DNA of 64,000 nucleotides. Source: Macrostomum lignano. Its lineage: Eukaryota. The DNA is taken from assembly GCA_002269645.1 (NCBI GenBank), contig NIVC01001061.1:1-64000 (forward strand), given 5' to 3'. Under the pieces are notes generated by a model, which was not told where the DNA came from, made no database searches, and worked only from the letters and a program-made list of their open reading frames with translations. Position numbers and translations under genes: made by a program. The number at the start of each line of letters is the position of its first letter. Position 1 is the first letter of the stretch. Positions 1 through 12,582 of this stretch are shown one piece after another.

Positions 1-300
1 ACTGACATCACCATAGACTAACAACTGACATCACCATAGACTAACAACTGACATCACCATAGACTAACAACTGACATCACCATAGACTAAACAACTGACA
101 TCACCATAGACTAACAACTGACATCACCATAGACTAACAACTGACATCACCATAGACTAAACAACTGACATCACCATTAGACTAACAACTGACATCACCA
201 TAGAATAACAACTGACATCACCAATAGACTAACAACTGACATCACCATAGACTAACAACTGACATCAGCCATAGACATAACAAACTGACATCAGCATAGA
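1..300. repeat. 23-bp minisatellite (ACTGACATCACCATAGACTAACA), runs off the left edge; probably intronic to the FReD gene
   Basis: About 13 direct tandem copies with 1-nt indels. Confidence 0.95.
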
Positions 301-450
301 AATTTGGACTATTTCACGAACATCATATATAGAAGACGTATCTCAATTATGACGACGCTATACTTCAAAAGCATCTCAACCATAGACAAGTTTGAGACAC
401 ATTAAGAGGGAAAGGCAAACAAGCAGCAGTGCAGCAAGAACAGTTCGCAC

Positions 451-1051
451 CGATCCAGAAGTTGCCAGCCGGTCCGCTCGCAAAGCCGGCCTTGTATTCG
501 GCCCAGCTGCGGTTGAAGTCCACGGAGTCGGACACCGTGCTGCACCGTGATCCAGCACTGGTCGGCGAAGGGCTTCGGGGTCTGCGGTGTTAAAAAAACT
601 GTACAATGAAGTCTTCTGGCTCACTTGATTGTCAAGACAGGAAAGCGATTTCTAAATGAAGATCTGCGCCAAACTTTCTCGAGATTAAAGTTGAACAGTC
701 GTAAAGGCTTCAACTCACCTAGACCTCCGTGACATTGTTCGCGCCCGAGCCGCCCAGTGACAAGCTGCGGCACTTTCGGCAGTTCGGCAGACCCAGTCGA
801 CACCGGAACTCCTTTGCAGGTTCTGTCAGTCTCATTGTAGGTGACCAGGTGAGCTGCCTCGGAGGCGTCAAACAGGCAAAGTTTTATCGAGTATACAGGT
901 GTTCGGTTTGACGTCTCCTCGTAGTCGCTGAGGTTGTCGAAACCCCTCAGCCAGGCGCGCGAGTTTTCGAGGCCGTCAGCTGCAGGCAGGCGGGCAGACA
1001 GGAACAGCAGCAGCAGCAGCAGAGAGTACAGAGCTTCGAGTGAAGTAGCAT
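451..1051 (-). pseudogene. Frameshifted secreted fibrinogen-related (FReD) gene; 2 exons visible (1051-719, 581-451), continuing leftwards
   Basis: The minus strand encodes CWITVQ then, after a frameshift, [30 protein letters not shown], the classic FReD DFNRxWxEYKxGF...FWxG motif. GT donors at 718 and 450; AG acceptor at 583-582. The ATG at 1051 joins a hydrophobic LLLLLLFL signal peptide only after a 1-nt shift. Confidence 0.7.
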
Positions 1052-4000
1052 GACTCAAGAGGTTTGGTAGTCCCTCCTTATGCTCCTTGGTAGAAAGCAA
1101 GCTCGTCTGAGCCAACCTAATGCATATTTCCTATGTGTGCGCAGTGTGATTATAAGCTTCTTTGCCAGTTAGTTTGGTTGCCACAGCAACACTCCAAGCT
1201 TTGAGTGAAAAGCAATCATTGGAATTTCTCACCTTTTCCGAACAAAGAAATCCACTTAGTGCCGCTTTGAGACGTTGCCGGCTTCTCCTAAACTCATGCA
1301 CTGGCCGCTGTTCTCTCCTTCCTGAATCTTCTATTGTAAATAAGGTTCATTTTAGCATATAGATATAGAGATTTATTGGTATTTTAACTGCTGCTACACT
1401 AGAGATTCTGGGAAAAGCTTTTTGATCTTATTTATGATCTAATTCTTTCTTTGAATGTACTTTTTGTCGTACGCGTTATAAATTATGGCTGATCCCCCCC
1501 CCCATAATTTAACTGGCTGTCGACAAAGAGGCTGCTTATTGAGCCAATAAACTGACCTACATGTACATGTATAATTTAGAAATATGATATGATTCTGACG
1601 TGGGGAGCTTAAGGGTAATCAACTTTCCGTATCAACTTTTATAAATATCTATTTTAGACGAACGCCGAAGTTTACTTTTTTAGATTATCTTTCAGTCTTT
1701 GATTGCTTGATTGCTATAGTATATGGAGGAGTCGCTTTGGAACTGCAGTCTATCTCGCAGCGATGCGCCCCTATCTCGTATTATAAGCATGGTTTGACCC
1801 TACAGACGAGCAAAATCTGTCAGTCATGTGATTCTCCCATATCATCTGGCGCCAACTAGATTGGCGCCTGAACAAAGGAAGGAATTAATAATGGTAATGG
1901 GGAACAAAATCGAGGAAGAAGAAAATGACATTACCACTGGCAGTAGGCAGTAAAGTACATTAGAAAGAGCTTGGGAAGGTGCATAAATTCCGTCCTCAAT
2001 AATTAATATACTCAAATATGATTTAAGCAATAATCAACATGGTAAGACGTCCGTGTTCGTCACTTTGCTTTATCAGTAATTGAATTTATCATCCTGTATA
2101 CAAATGTTTTATAGATTATCAATATTTTCAAAAATCAACTGATAAAGAAAAGCAAGCTTGACAGTCGAAAAGAATATAGTTTTGTTTTGATGAACTTATT
2201 ATTTACGCACACATTTTTAAACGCAAAAATTCGTCCTGATTTTTAAAATTTAGAGATTATTACCGCCGTTTATAAAAAATGATTGCCAACATATTTTTTT
2301 GCAAATTTGTATTCACAGACGTCGTTAATACTCACTCAAAACAAAATATTATCGTGCGTTGCGCGACACGAAGCGTATACAAAGAGCAACTTTATAAATG
2401 ATATGGGTTACTAAGTAAACAATTGCAAATCTAAATTTTGACTTCTAACCACCATGACTAAAATCTAGAGCAGAGAATGTATAAAATCGTTGTTTTGTAA
2501 TTATACTAATATTAGATACTAAAATCTAGATAAGCTAGATAATTTCGATAGATAATACATAGATGGATTGCTAACTGTCCATCAAGAATAGTCTTTTTTA
2601 ATTTTAATATGTAGTGTAGTGTAGGACTACACCATGCAAACAATAACAAAATATCTAGTAATTATTTGTTGATACTTAATAAAAATTAACAGTCAAAGAA
2701 CTATATGAAATCTAATTTAATGATTAGACTACAATTATGAACTAAAAATAAAAAAGAAATGAGCAACATTTAAATTTTATATATTTTCTTAACCTTGCTT
2801 TTTTAATCATTTGATTGACATTTATTTCTTATGTGACTCAAATCAATTGTAATTTCACAATGAAGCACAAAACTATGCTATAGTTAAGTTGCTCAAATTT
2901 AAAAGAAAGCATACCAAGTTAAATTTTTAATCAATGGCAAAAATGTTTTAGAGTCATTAGCTTCTAGAAGGACTATTTAAGCTACAAAAAGTCTATAGGA
3001 AGCAACTAACAATATTAGAGTTTTTGACAATGTCCTAGTTTCTGTTTTTTTATTATTTTGACACGGAGTTTTTTTAACAAACTTAGAAAATGAGTATATT
3101 AAAGGATCATTAAGCCATTCAAGTCTTTAAAGTTCAATATGCAAAATTTAAGACTTTCCAACATTAAGAAGACAATGTATGAACTATATTTTTACAAACT
3201 TTTTTAGTTTGTTTGTTTAAAATTTGATGCCAAAATTACTTCATGCAGAAAAATAAGACATTGCTAAGTAGTAAGTTTTTTAAAGTTTGTAAGAATGCAA
3301 GGATAAATAGGCCCCTATGCCTAATCATATTAGATAAGCATCTAACTCTAATGCAAAATGATCTTTGCAGTCTTCTGATAGCCTAAAATTATGTTTTGTT
3401 AGTAACTATATAAAATTCCCTATAAACACATATGCAAATGTACTTGTGACATCTCTATGTCACATCTGCTTTCTCTATATTATAAAATAATACAAACAAG
3501 ATCAAAGCAATTTAAAAGGTTGAAAATGCTTGTTTCATTTGCATATTGCATTTTAGGCTAGCTTTATAACTTCCCTCTTTTCTATAGTGTCTATCTGACC
3601 TATTAATAATAAAACTCAATCAACACTACAAATTGCCAGCCTAGTCAAAGGTTCATAAAACCCCTTAACTTTTATTGATAATGTACATTCTATATTGTGC
3701 ATTGGCCAAGGAGAGACTTAAATTATTGAACTAAACAAACACAACACAAATGTATACAAAATTCAAATAGAATGCCCATTGAAAGCATTAAGAAACATCA
3801 ATTCTCAAATATTTGACCTACTTCTAATTCAAATTTTTCATCAAAAAAGATATGCATGACCACCAAAGAATTACAAATTTTTAAAAGCTTAATTTTAAAA
3901 AAATTTGGCAAATGTACACATTGTGTTATAAGATTTTTTACAAGCAATCATGCCAGTATTACAAGTGCTTGTATTTATGGTAGTAAACCCAAGACAAAAG

Positions 4001-4316
4001 ATAAGAACTTGCTATGCAACAGAATCACAGAACTGTGACATGAAGCAGGCCTACAGGTCTTGAGGCCTGGAGCCTGTTTGCAGGGTCTGTTTATACTTAT
4101 ATTGTGCAGTCTTAGATCTTGATTATGTGCTTGCAGTGTGCAGTGCCTTTGCAATCACATTTCTGGAATTATTTGTGCCTGCGAGACTGTTGCTGATTTC
4201 AATCAGTTTACTCTACACTGCGCTGGCAGCAAGCAGCACTTGTTGGTCTGTCCTATCCTCTGTCTGTTTGTCTTAGTGTCTGTCTGTATGTCGATACCAA
4301 TGTCTATCTGTCACGT

Positions 4317-4570
4317 CTTTTATTCGATAATTTCAGCATACATGCGCAACCGTCCTGATTTACAACAGCCGTGCGACCTACTTCTTAACGAAAAATGCAA
4401 CATATGAAACAAACCTTAACAATTTAATTTTTTAGTAACCGGCAGGAGTAACGAAGACTGTATTTATAAGGCTAAATGCCTCGTCATCTAGTTAGTTTTT
4501 AGTCTATTTTTGATGGGGAATTTCTGCGACTTACCTTGGCTGGGCCCTCGCCGGGTGTTGCGCATGTATG
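4317..4570. mobile_element. hAT-like MITE, copy 1, containing a 28S rRNA-like segment
   Basis: Perfect 14-bp TIR CATACATGCGCAAC (4317) / GTTGCGCATGTATG (4557-4570). Flanks atttcagc/gtttcagc form an imperfect TSD. Internal 4435-4496 resembles 28S, including an exact AAATGCCTCGTCATCTA. Confidence 0.85.
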
Positions 4571-4710
4571 GTTTCAGCCAGGTCTATAACTGCGAGCGTA
4601 CCTTCATCTAAACATTAAAAAATCAATTTCGCATTTCAGTCCGAGTCCGGATTTTGACATCTCTATTTATCGATCTGTGATACCCAAAGCTACAAATAAA
4701 GCGGACAAAA

Positions 4711-7700
4711 ATGAACGACGCCAAAGTCCAAATCGGAGTCAACAAGCTCGGCCATCACGTGCAGTCGTCGCAGAACCGCCTGCTAATCAAGGGCGGCAAA
4801 GTGGTGAACGATGACGGCATTCAGGAGGCCGACGTCTATGTGGAGGGCGGCGTCATCAAGCAGGTTGGCACCGGCCTGCTCACTCCCGGCGGAGTTCGCG
4901 TCATCGATGCCGCTGGAATGCTGATCATGCCGGGTGAGGCACTCGGGTTGACCTGGCTTGAACCCGGTTAATAGCTTTTGAGACTGTTGTGGTTGACCTG
5001 GCTTGAACCCGGTTAATAGCTTCTGAGACTGTTGTCGTTGACCTGGCTTGAACCCGGTTAATAGCTTCTGAGACTGTTGTGGTTGACATGGAGTGACCCC
5101 GGTTAATAGCTTCTGAGACTGTTGTGGTTGACATGGAGTGACCCCGGTTAATAGCTTCCGGACTGTTGTGGTTGAGCTGGCGTGACCCCGGTTAATAGCT
5201 TCCGGACTGTTGTGGTTGACCTGGCGTGACCCCGGTTAATAGCTTCCGGACTGTTGTGGTTGACCTGGCGTGACCCCGGTTAATAGCTTCCGGACTGTTG
5301 TGGTTGAGCTGGCGTGACCCCGGTTAATAGCTTCCGGACTGTTGTGGTTGAGCTGGCGTGACCCCGGTTAATAGCTTTCGGACTGTTGTGGTTGACATGG
5401 CGTGACCCCGGTTAATAGCTTCCGGACTGTTGTGGTTGACATGGCGTGACCCCGGTTAATAGCTTCCGGACTGTTGTGGTTGAGCTGGCGTGACCCCGGT
5501 TAATAGCTTCCGGACTGTTGTGGTTGACATGGCGTGACCCCGGTTAATAGCTTCCGGACTGTTGTGGTTGAGCTGGCGTGACCCCGGTTAATAGCTTCCG
5601 GACTGTTGTGGTTGAGCTGGCGTGACCCCGGTTAATAGCTTCTGAGACTGTTGTGGTTGACCTGGCTTGAACCCGGTTAATAGCTTCTGAGACTGTTGTG
5701 GTTGACCTGGCTTGAACCCGGTTAATGGCTTCCGGACTGTTGTGGTTGAGCTGGCGTGACCCCGGTTAATAGCTTCCGGACTGTTGTGGTTGAGCTGGCG
5801 TGACCCCGGTTAATACGAGCTAGCTTCCGGACTGTTGTGGTTGAGCTGGCGTGACCCCGGTTAATAGCTTCTGAGACTGTTGTGGTTGACCTGGCGTGAC
5901 CCCGGTTAATAGCTTCCGGACTGTTGTGGTTGACCTGGCGTGAACCCGGTTAATAGCTTCCGGGACTGTGTGGTTGACCTGGCTTGAACCCGGTTAATAG
6001 CTTCCGGGACTGTGTGGTTGACCTGGCGTGACCTCTCTATACAGTCTCTAGCATAGTTTGATTGACCTGACATGACCTTACTATTCAGTATCTGGCTTAT
6101 TGTAGTTGTCTTCAGGTGACCCCTATATACAGTATCTTTATGAAGCATATTGAAGTTGACCTTGCGTGACCCCAGTATACACAATAGCATGGTTCTCAAA
6201 ATTCAATAAAAATTCGAACTCCTTGCCATCATCCCTGTCCCCCCCCCCAGGCGGCATCGACCCGCACACGCACATGCAGATGCCCTTCATGGGCACGCAT
6301 TCGGCGGACGATTTCTACACTGGCACTCGGGCTGCCCTGGCCGGCGGTACCACAATGATCATCGACTTCGTGGCCTGCCCGCGCGGCGACTCTCTGATGG
6401 ACTGGTACAACAAGTACCGGGCCTGGGCGGACGAGAAAGTCTGCTGCGACTACGGCCTGCACGTGATCGTGCCACAGTGGGGCGACAAGACCGCCAACGA
6501 GATGGCCACCCTGGTGAAGGAGAAAGGCATCAACTCGTTCAAGTGCTTCATGGCCTACAGGAATGTCTTCCTGCTGGAGGATGACGAGATGCTCAATGTG
6601 TTCCAGGCTTGCCGGAAGCTGGGCGCTGTGGCTCAGGTGCACGCTGAGAATGGCAAGGTAAGCGGCTTTTGCACCTGCCTGTCTCCTCTCTCCCATCTGT
6701 ATCTCCATCTTATCTCCTTCTCTTCCCTATCCTCTCCGTCTCTACGAGTATCTACCTTTCCGTTTCTCCGTCTCCATCTCCCTGTCTCCGTCTCTGCCTC
6801 CCTGTCTCCGTCTCCATCTCCCTGTCTCCGTCTCTATCTCCCTGTCCCGTCTCTATCTACCTCTCCGTCTCTATCTCCCTCTCTCTGTCTCTGCCTCCCT
6901 GTCTCCGTCTCTATCTCCCTGTCTCCGTCTCCATCTCCCTGTCTCCGTCTCCATCTCCCTGTCTCCGTCTCTATCTACTTCTCCGTCTCTATCTCCCTCT
7001 CTCTGTCTCTGCCTTTATCTCCCTCTCTCCGTCTCCATCTCCCTGTCTCCGTCTCTATCTACCTCTCCGTCTCTATCTCCCTCTCTCTGTCTCTGCCTCC
7101 CTGTCTCCGTCTCCATCTCCCTGTCTCCGTCTCTATCTACCTCTCCGTCTCTATCTCCCTCTCTCTGTCTCTGCCTCCCTGTCTCCGTCTCCATCTCCCT
7201 GTCTCCGTCTCTATCTACCTCTCCGTCTCTATCTCCCTCTCTCTGTCTCTGCCTCCCTGTCTCCGTCTCCATCTCCCTGTCTCCGTCTCTATCTACCTCT
7301 CCGTCTCTATCTCCCTCTCTCTGTCTCTGCCTCCCTGTCTCCGTCTCCATCTCCCTGTCTCCGTCTCTATCTACCTCTCCGTCTCTATCTCCCTCTCTCT
7401 GTCTCTGCCTCCCTGTCTCCGTCTCCATCTCCCTGTCTCCGTCTCCATCTCCCTGTCTCCGTCTCCCTCTCTCCGTCTCCATCTCCCTGTCTCCGTCTCC
7501 ATCTCCCTGTCTCCGTCTCCATCTCCCTGTCTCCGTCTCCATCTCCCTGTCTCCGTCTCCATCTCCCTGTCTCCGTCTCCATCTCCCTCTCTCTGCCTTT
7601 ATCCCCCTCTCTCCGTCTTCATCTCCGTCTCTCCCTGTCTCAAAATAAACCAGTCTCTTAGTCATCTCCCCCAGTAGCGCAGTTCATCTTGACAGTAAAG

Positions 7701-10481
7701 CCTGTATCGATTTCCAATACTGTCATCCCGCTCCTCGCTAATCCGCTCCCCACCCTCCCCAACCAGATTATCGAGCGCAAAGCCGAACAGCTGGTCGCTG
7801 ACGGAATCCGCGGGCCAGAGGGTCACTCTTACTCCCGCCCGGAGGCCATGGAGATCGAGGCCACTACGCGCGCGCTGGCCATAGCTGACGAGGCCAACTG
7901 CCCGCTCTATGTGGTGCACGTGATGAGCGCCGAGGCCGGCGAGGCCATTTCCAAGGCGCGCCGGCGTGGCCAGGTCTGCTACGGCGAGCCCATCGCCGCC
8001 GGGCTGGCCTGTGACAACTCCAGCTATCAGGTTTGGCTATGGGAATGTTCTGGTCAGTTATCAATTTTCTATTGCATTACTGACAGTAGCAGAGCGAAAA
8101 ATTAATATTAACAGCAGATGCTGTACACACGCTCACACAGAGTGTACACAGCGGCCCTGACTTTCTAATCATCAGGCATGTACACTCTCTGTGCCTTCCC
8201 AAATCCCCATTGAGCCAACTGGCATCTCAGCAGCTCCCCATTGAGCCAACTGGCATCTCAGCAACTCCCCATTGAGCCAACTGGCATCTCAGCAACTCCC
8301 CATTGAGCCAACTGGCATCTCAGCAACTCCCCATTGAGCCAACTGGCATCTCAGCAACTCCCCATTGAGCCAACTGGCATCTCAGCAACTCCCCATTGAG
8401 CCAACTGGCATCTCAGCAACTCCCCATTGAGCCAACTGGCATCTCAGCAACTCCCTATTGAGCCATGACATCTCCCACCATCCCTCCTTCAGCACACCTG
8501 CTGGCGTCACGCCGCCGGTCACGTGCTCAGCCCGCCGCTGCGTGACCCCAGCACCAAGGAGCGCCTGTGGCGCATGCTGGCCACGGGCGAGCTGACCTGC
8601 ACGGGCACCGATCACTGCGTGTTCAAGGCCGACCAGAAGGCGCTGGGCAAAGACGACTTCCGCCGAATCCCCAACGGAGTCAACGGCGTGGAGGACCGGA
8701 TGAGCGTGCTGTGGGAGAAGGGCGTGGAGACCGGCATCTTGGACCCCTGTCAGTTCGTGGCCGCCACCTCGACCAACGCTGCCAAGGTGTTCAACCTGTA
8801 CCCGCAGAAGGGCCGCATCGCTGTGGGATCCGATGCCGACATTGTGGTCTGGAATGCCAAGGAGACCAGGTGAGGCTTGAGGACTTCTTGGTTTGGGGAT
8901 TTTCCATTGAGGATTTTTCATATTGTGCAAGTTGGGGGATTTTCCATTGAGAATTTTCCATATTGTGCAAGTTGGGGATTTTCCATTGAGGATTTTCCAT
9001 ATTGTGCAAGTTGGGGATTTTCCATTGAGGATTTTCCATATTGTGCAGGTTGGGGATTTTCCATTGAGGATTTTCCATATTGTGCAAGTTGGGGATTTTC
9101 CATTGAAGATTTTCCATATTTTGCAGTTGGGGATTTTCCATTGAGGATTTTCCATATTGTGCAAGTTGGGGATTTTCCATTGAGGATTTTCCATATTGTG
9201 CAAGTTGGGGATTTTCCATTGAGGATTTTCCATATTTTGCAATTGGGGATTTTCCATTGAGGATTTTCCATATTGTGCAGGTTGGGGATTTTCCATTGAG
9301 GATTTTCCATATTGTGCGGTTGGGGATTTTCCATTGAGGATTTTCCATATTGTACAGGTTGGGGATTTTCCATTGAGGATTTTCCATATTGTGCAAGTTG
9401 GGGATTTTCCATTGAGGATTTTCCATATTGTGCAAGTTGGGGATTTTCCATTGAGGATTTTCCATATTGTGCAAGTTGGGGATTTTCCATTGAGGATTTT
9501 CCATATTTTGCAATTTGGGGATTTTCCATTGAGGATTTTCCATATTGTGCGGGTTGGGGATTTTCCATTGAGGATTTTCCATATTGTGCGTTGGGGATTT
9601 TCCATTGAGGATTTTCCATATTGTACAGGTTGGGGATTTTCCATTGAGGATTTTCCATATTGTGCAAGTTGGGGATTTTCCATTGAGGATTTTCCATATT
9701 GTGCGGGTTGGGGATTTTCCATTGAGGATTTTCCATATTGTGCAAGTTGGGGATTTTCCATTGAGGATTTTCCATATTGTGCAGTTTGGGGATTTTCTAT
9801 TGAAGATTTTCCATATTTGCAAGTTGATGATTTTCCATTGAGGATTTTCCAAATTGTGCGGGTTGGGGGATTTCCATTGCTAATTTCTATAACCATAAGA
9901 AAGCCAAGTGGACTTTATTTGCGAAAGCATGAAACTGTATCATCATCCGAATGCACACTCGCAGGACCATCTCGGCCAAGACGCACCACCAGAACGTGGA
10001 CTTCAACATATTCGAAGGCATGGTGTGCCACGGCATCGCCGAGTTCGTTATTAGCGGCGGCCGCCTCGTGGTTGACGAGCGCCAGCTGAAGGTCACGCAG
10101 GGCGCCGGCCGCTTCGTGCCGATGCCGGCCTTCCCGCCCTACGTTTACAACCGGTTGGAGAAGCGCGAGGCTGCCAAGTCCGCCGGCACCGTGGCGGTTG
10201 CTAGGGACGCCTACGACGGTCCGGTCATCGATTTGAAGGCCGAGCAGGAGCGCCAGAAGGCGGTGGCCAAGGAGCAGCCGGGAGCCGCTGGCGGCGGCGG
10301 CGGCCCGGAGGCGGCCGCAGAGAACGTCTTCCACAGGCCGCCAACCCGGGGCGGCGGGCGCCACATGCAGGAGAGCTCGTTCAGCCTGTCCGGCGCCCAG
10401 TTCGACGACACCAAGCCGGCCAGGAGCGGCATCCGGACGCACCAGCCGCCCGGCGGTGCCAGCTCAGGCAGCCTGTGGTGA
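4711..10481 (+). CDS. DPYS: Dihydropyrimidinase / CRMP-family amidohydrolase, 595 aa; exons 4711-4933, 6251-6657, 7767-8030, 8493-8869, 9965-10481
   Basis: All introns are GT-AG and the phases are consistent (1788 nt total). Motifs: [66 protein letters not shown]. Confidence 0.96.
4945..6030. repeat. 44-45-bp minisatellite filling DPYS intron 1
   Basis: Unit approximately GA(C/G)CTGGCGTGACCCCGGTTAATAGCTTCCGGACTGTTGTGGTT, about 24 copies. Confidence 0.95.
6680..7640. repeat. Pyrimidine hexamer repeat with a 78-bp higher-order period, DPYS intron 2
   Basis: CTCCGT/CTCCAT/CTCCCT/CTCTAT hexamers. An identical 78-bp block recurs (e.g. 7083 vs 7161). Confidence 0.9.
8203..8465. repeat. 31-bp minisatellite in DPYS intron 3
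   Basis: CCCCATTGAGCCAACTGGCATCTCAGCAACT, about 8 copies. Confidence 0.95.
8893..9872. repeat. 39-bp minisatellite filling DPYS intron 4
   Basis: GGGGATTTTCCATTGAGGATTTTCCATATTGTGCAAGTT, about 25 copies. Confidence 0.95.
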
Positions 10482-11654
10482 AGCCGCTGACTGATCGATT
10501 TGTTTTCTAAGAAACAACATTTTTCTGGGAGTTGAAAAAAATAATTTTACAACCCGTTTTCTCCGAGAGAAAAATATATTAAGGCAGGCATAAGCAAAGG
10601 TGACTACTATTGCTTGGCCTGAGTAGTATGGAAAGTATATCGCGAAGAGAACATTTTAACGATAAAAATTTCCCCTCTAGTTAGCTCTCTATTAATTATT
10701 TTCTCAGTTAAACGAATTTTTTATGAAGCCGCCAGTTTTTTACCAATTTACGATTCTGTTTTATTTGCCGTATTATTATAATATTGCTTATTCATTAAAA
10801 AGATTCGTGTGATTTTTCACAGTAGTATGTTAACAAATGTTTAATCCTAAATTTCGACGCAAAAATTAATTTTGCAAACAATAACCTTAATTTAAAAAAT
10901 TCCATTTTGCCGTGTTTCAGGAACATTTCTGCTTTTTTCTCCTGTCTAACCAAATCTTAGTCGCTAGCCGTTGTTCTGCTTTTTGCTTTTCTGTCTTTTC
11001 TGCCTGATTTGCTAGCCATATGGTTCAATCAATTTTCGTCGCATTATTCTCACGAATTACCAAATCAGATTCGCTACAGACTACTCAGTTGATAATCTAT
11101 CTATACTACTAACTCTGGTGATTGTGTTGTTTACTCCCCAAGTGTCACAGCCATGACTTTTTCAGCGTCAGTAAATGATTAATTATTAATTAATTGGTCA
11201 CAAAGCTGTTTATTTGATCTTTTCTCGCATCGAATATTTAATTCATTTATTTGTTGTCATTTTTGTTGTCCCCCCCACTCATCCCAAAGCGCACTTTAAA
11301 AAACCTCGACCGCATTCGCTACGGCTGTCCGCCTGTCATAAATTCCTTAGATAATTTTTATATTAAATAAACTTTTTTACAACAGGCATGGAATGCACAA
11401 GGCAGTAATCAACTACTAATATTATTAGCTGGCGAATATTGCCATTCATATTTACAGTGGCATTATATGGTTAATGAAAGAAGACGGCTGCTGTTCGAGT
11501 TTCTAAATTATTTTGTGAAACCGAATATTTAATTAATATTTTAGGCTAGTTCGTATGTTTCATTCGAAAGATACAAATTAGAAATGATGCAAGCCAAATA
11601 ATCAGGGATTTACCTACAATTTAGACTTAATGATGCGTGTACACTAACACTCGT

Positions 11655-12286
11655 ACACGGGACCGCATCATTGTGTTCACGATTGTAGTTGGGATAACTG
11701 AACCGCATCATTGTGTTCTCGATTGTAGTTGGGATAACTGGACCGCATCATTGTGTTCACCGATTGTAGTTGGGATAACTGGACCGCATCATTGTGTTCT
11801 CGATTGTAGTTGGGATAACTGGACCGCATCATTGTGTTCTCGATTGTAGTTGGGATAACTGGACCGCATCATTGTGTTCACCGATTGTAGTTGGGATAAC
11901 TGGACCGCATCATTGTGTTCTCGATTGTAGTTGGGATAACTGGACCGCATCATTGTGTTCTCGATTGTAGTTGGGATAACTGGACCGCATCATTGTGTTC
12001 ACCGATTGTAGTTGGGATAACTGGACCGCATCATTGTGTTCACCGATTGTAGTTGGGATAACTGGACCGCATCATTGTGTTCACCGATTGTAGTTGGGAT
12101 AACTGGACCGCATCATTGTGTTCACCGATTGTAGTTGGGATAACTGGACCGCATCATTGTGTTCACCGATTGTAGTTGGGATAACTGGACCGCATCATTG
12201 TGTTCACCGATTGTAGTTGGGATAACTGGACCGCATCATTGTGTTTTCGATTGTAGTTGGGATAACTGGACCGCATCATTGTGTTC
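11655..12286. repeat. 40/41-bp intergenic minisatellite between convergent 3' ends
   Basis: GATTGTAGTTGGGATAACTGGACCGCATCATTGTGTT(CTC/CACC), about 15 copies. Confidence 0.95.
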
Positions 12287-12582
12287 TTATTTACCGTAAC
12301 AGACGAGTCACACAAGATACACAGTAGTGAAAATTGGAAGCTTTTAAGGCTGTGTCGGAGTTCCCGTGATATTTGGAGCACAATAATCATCAATAATTAA
12401 TTATATTTGTAGAAGCCATAAACAATATACGAGCTAGCTAATATAGCTATTGGCCGCGTATAATTTTAGCCTGATCAGCTGACGCGCATTGATAAAAACT
12501 CAATAAGCAGTATTGTTACGAGCGTATGCAACCATTACCGATTATAACAATTTAATGGTCAGTCCAATCTGCTCGCGTCCGT

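Noticed and set aside
4435-4496. rRNA gene
   Set aside because: Only about 60 nt of similarity, embedded between TIRs, with no flanking rDNA.
4527-4545. U1 snRNA gene (ACTTACCTTGGC resembles the U1 5' end)
   Set aside because: The similarity does not extend into U1 stem-loops or an Sm site; it is part of the MITE.
6166-9896. Long ORFs (250-500 aa) over the DPYS introns
   Set aside because: They are translations of tandem repeats. The real exons are bounded by GT-AG sites and the spliced CDS is complete without them.
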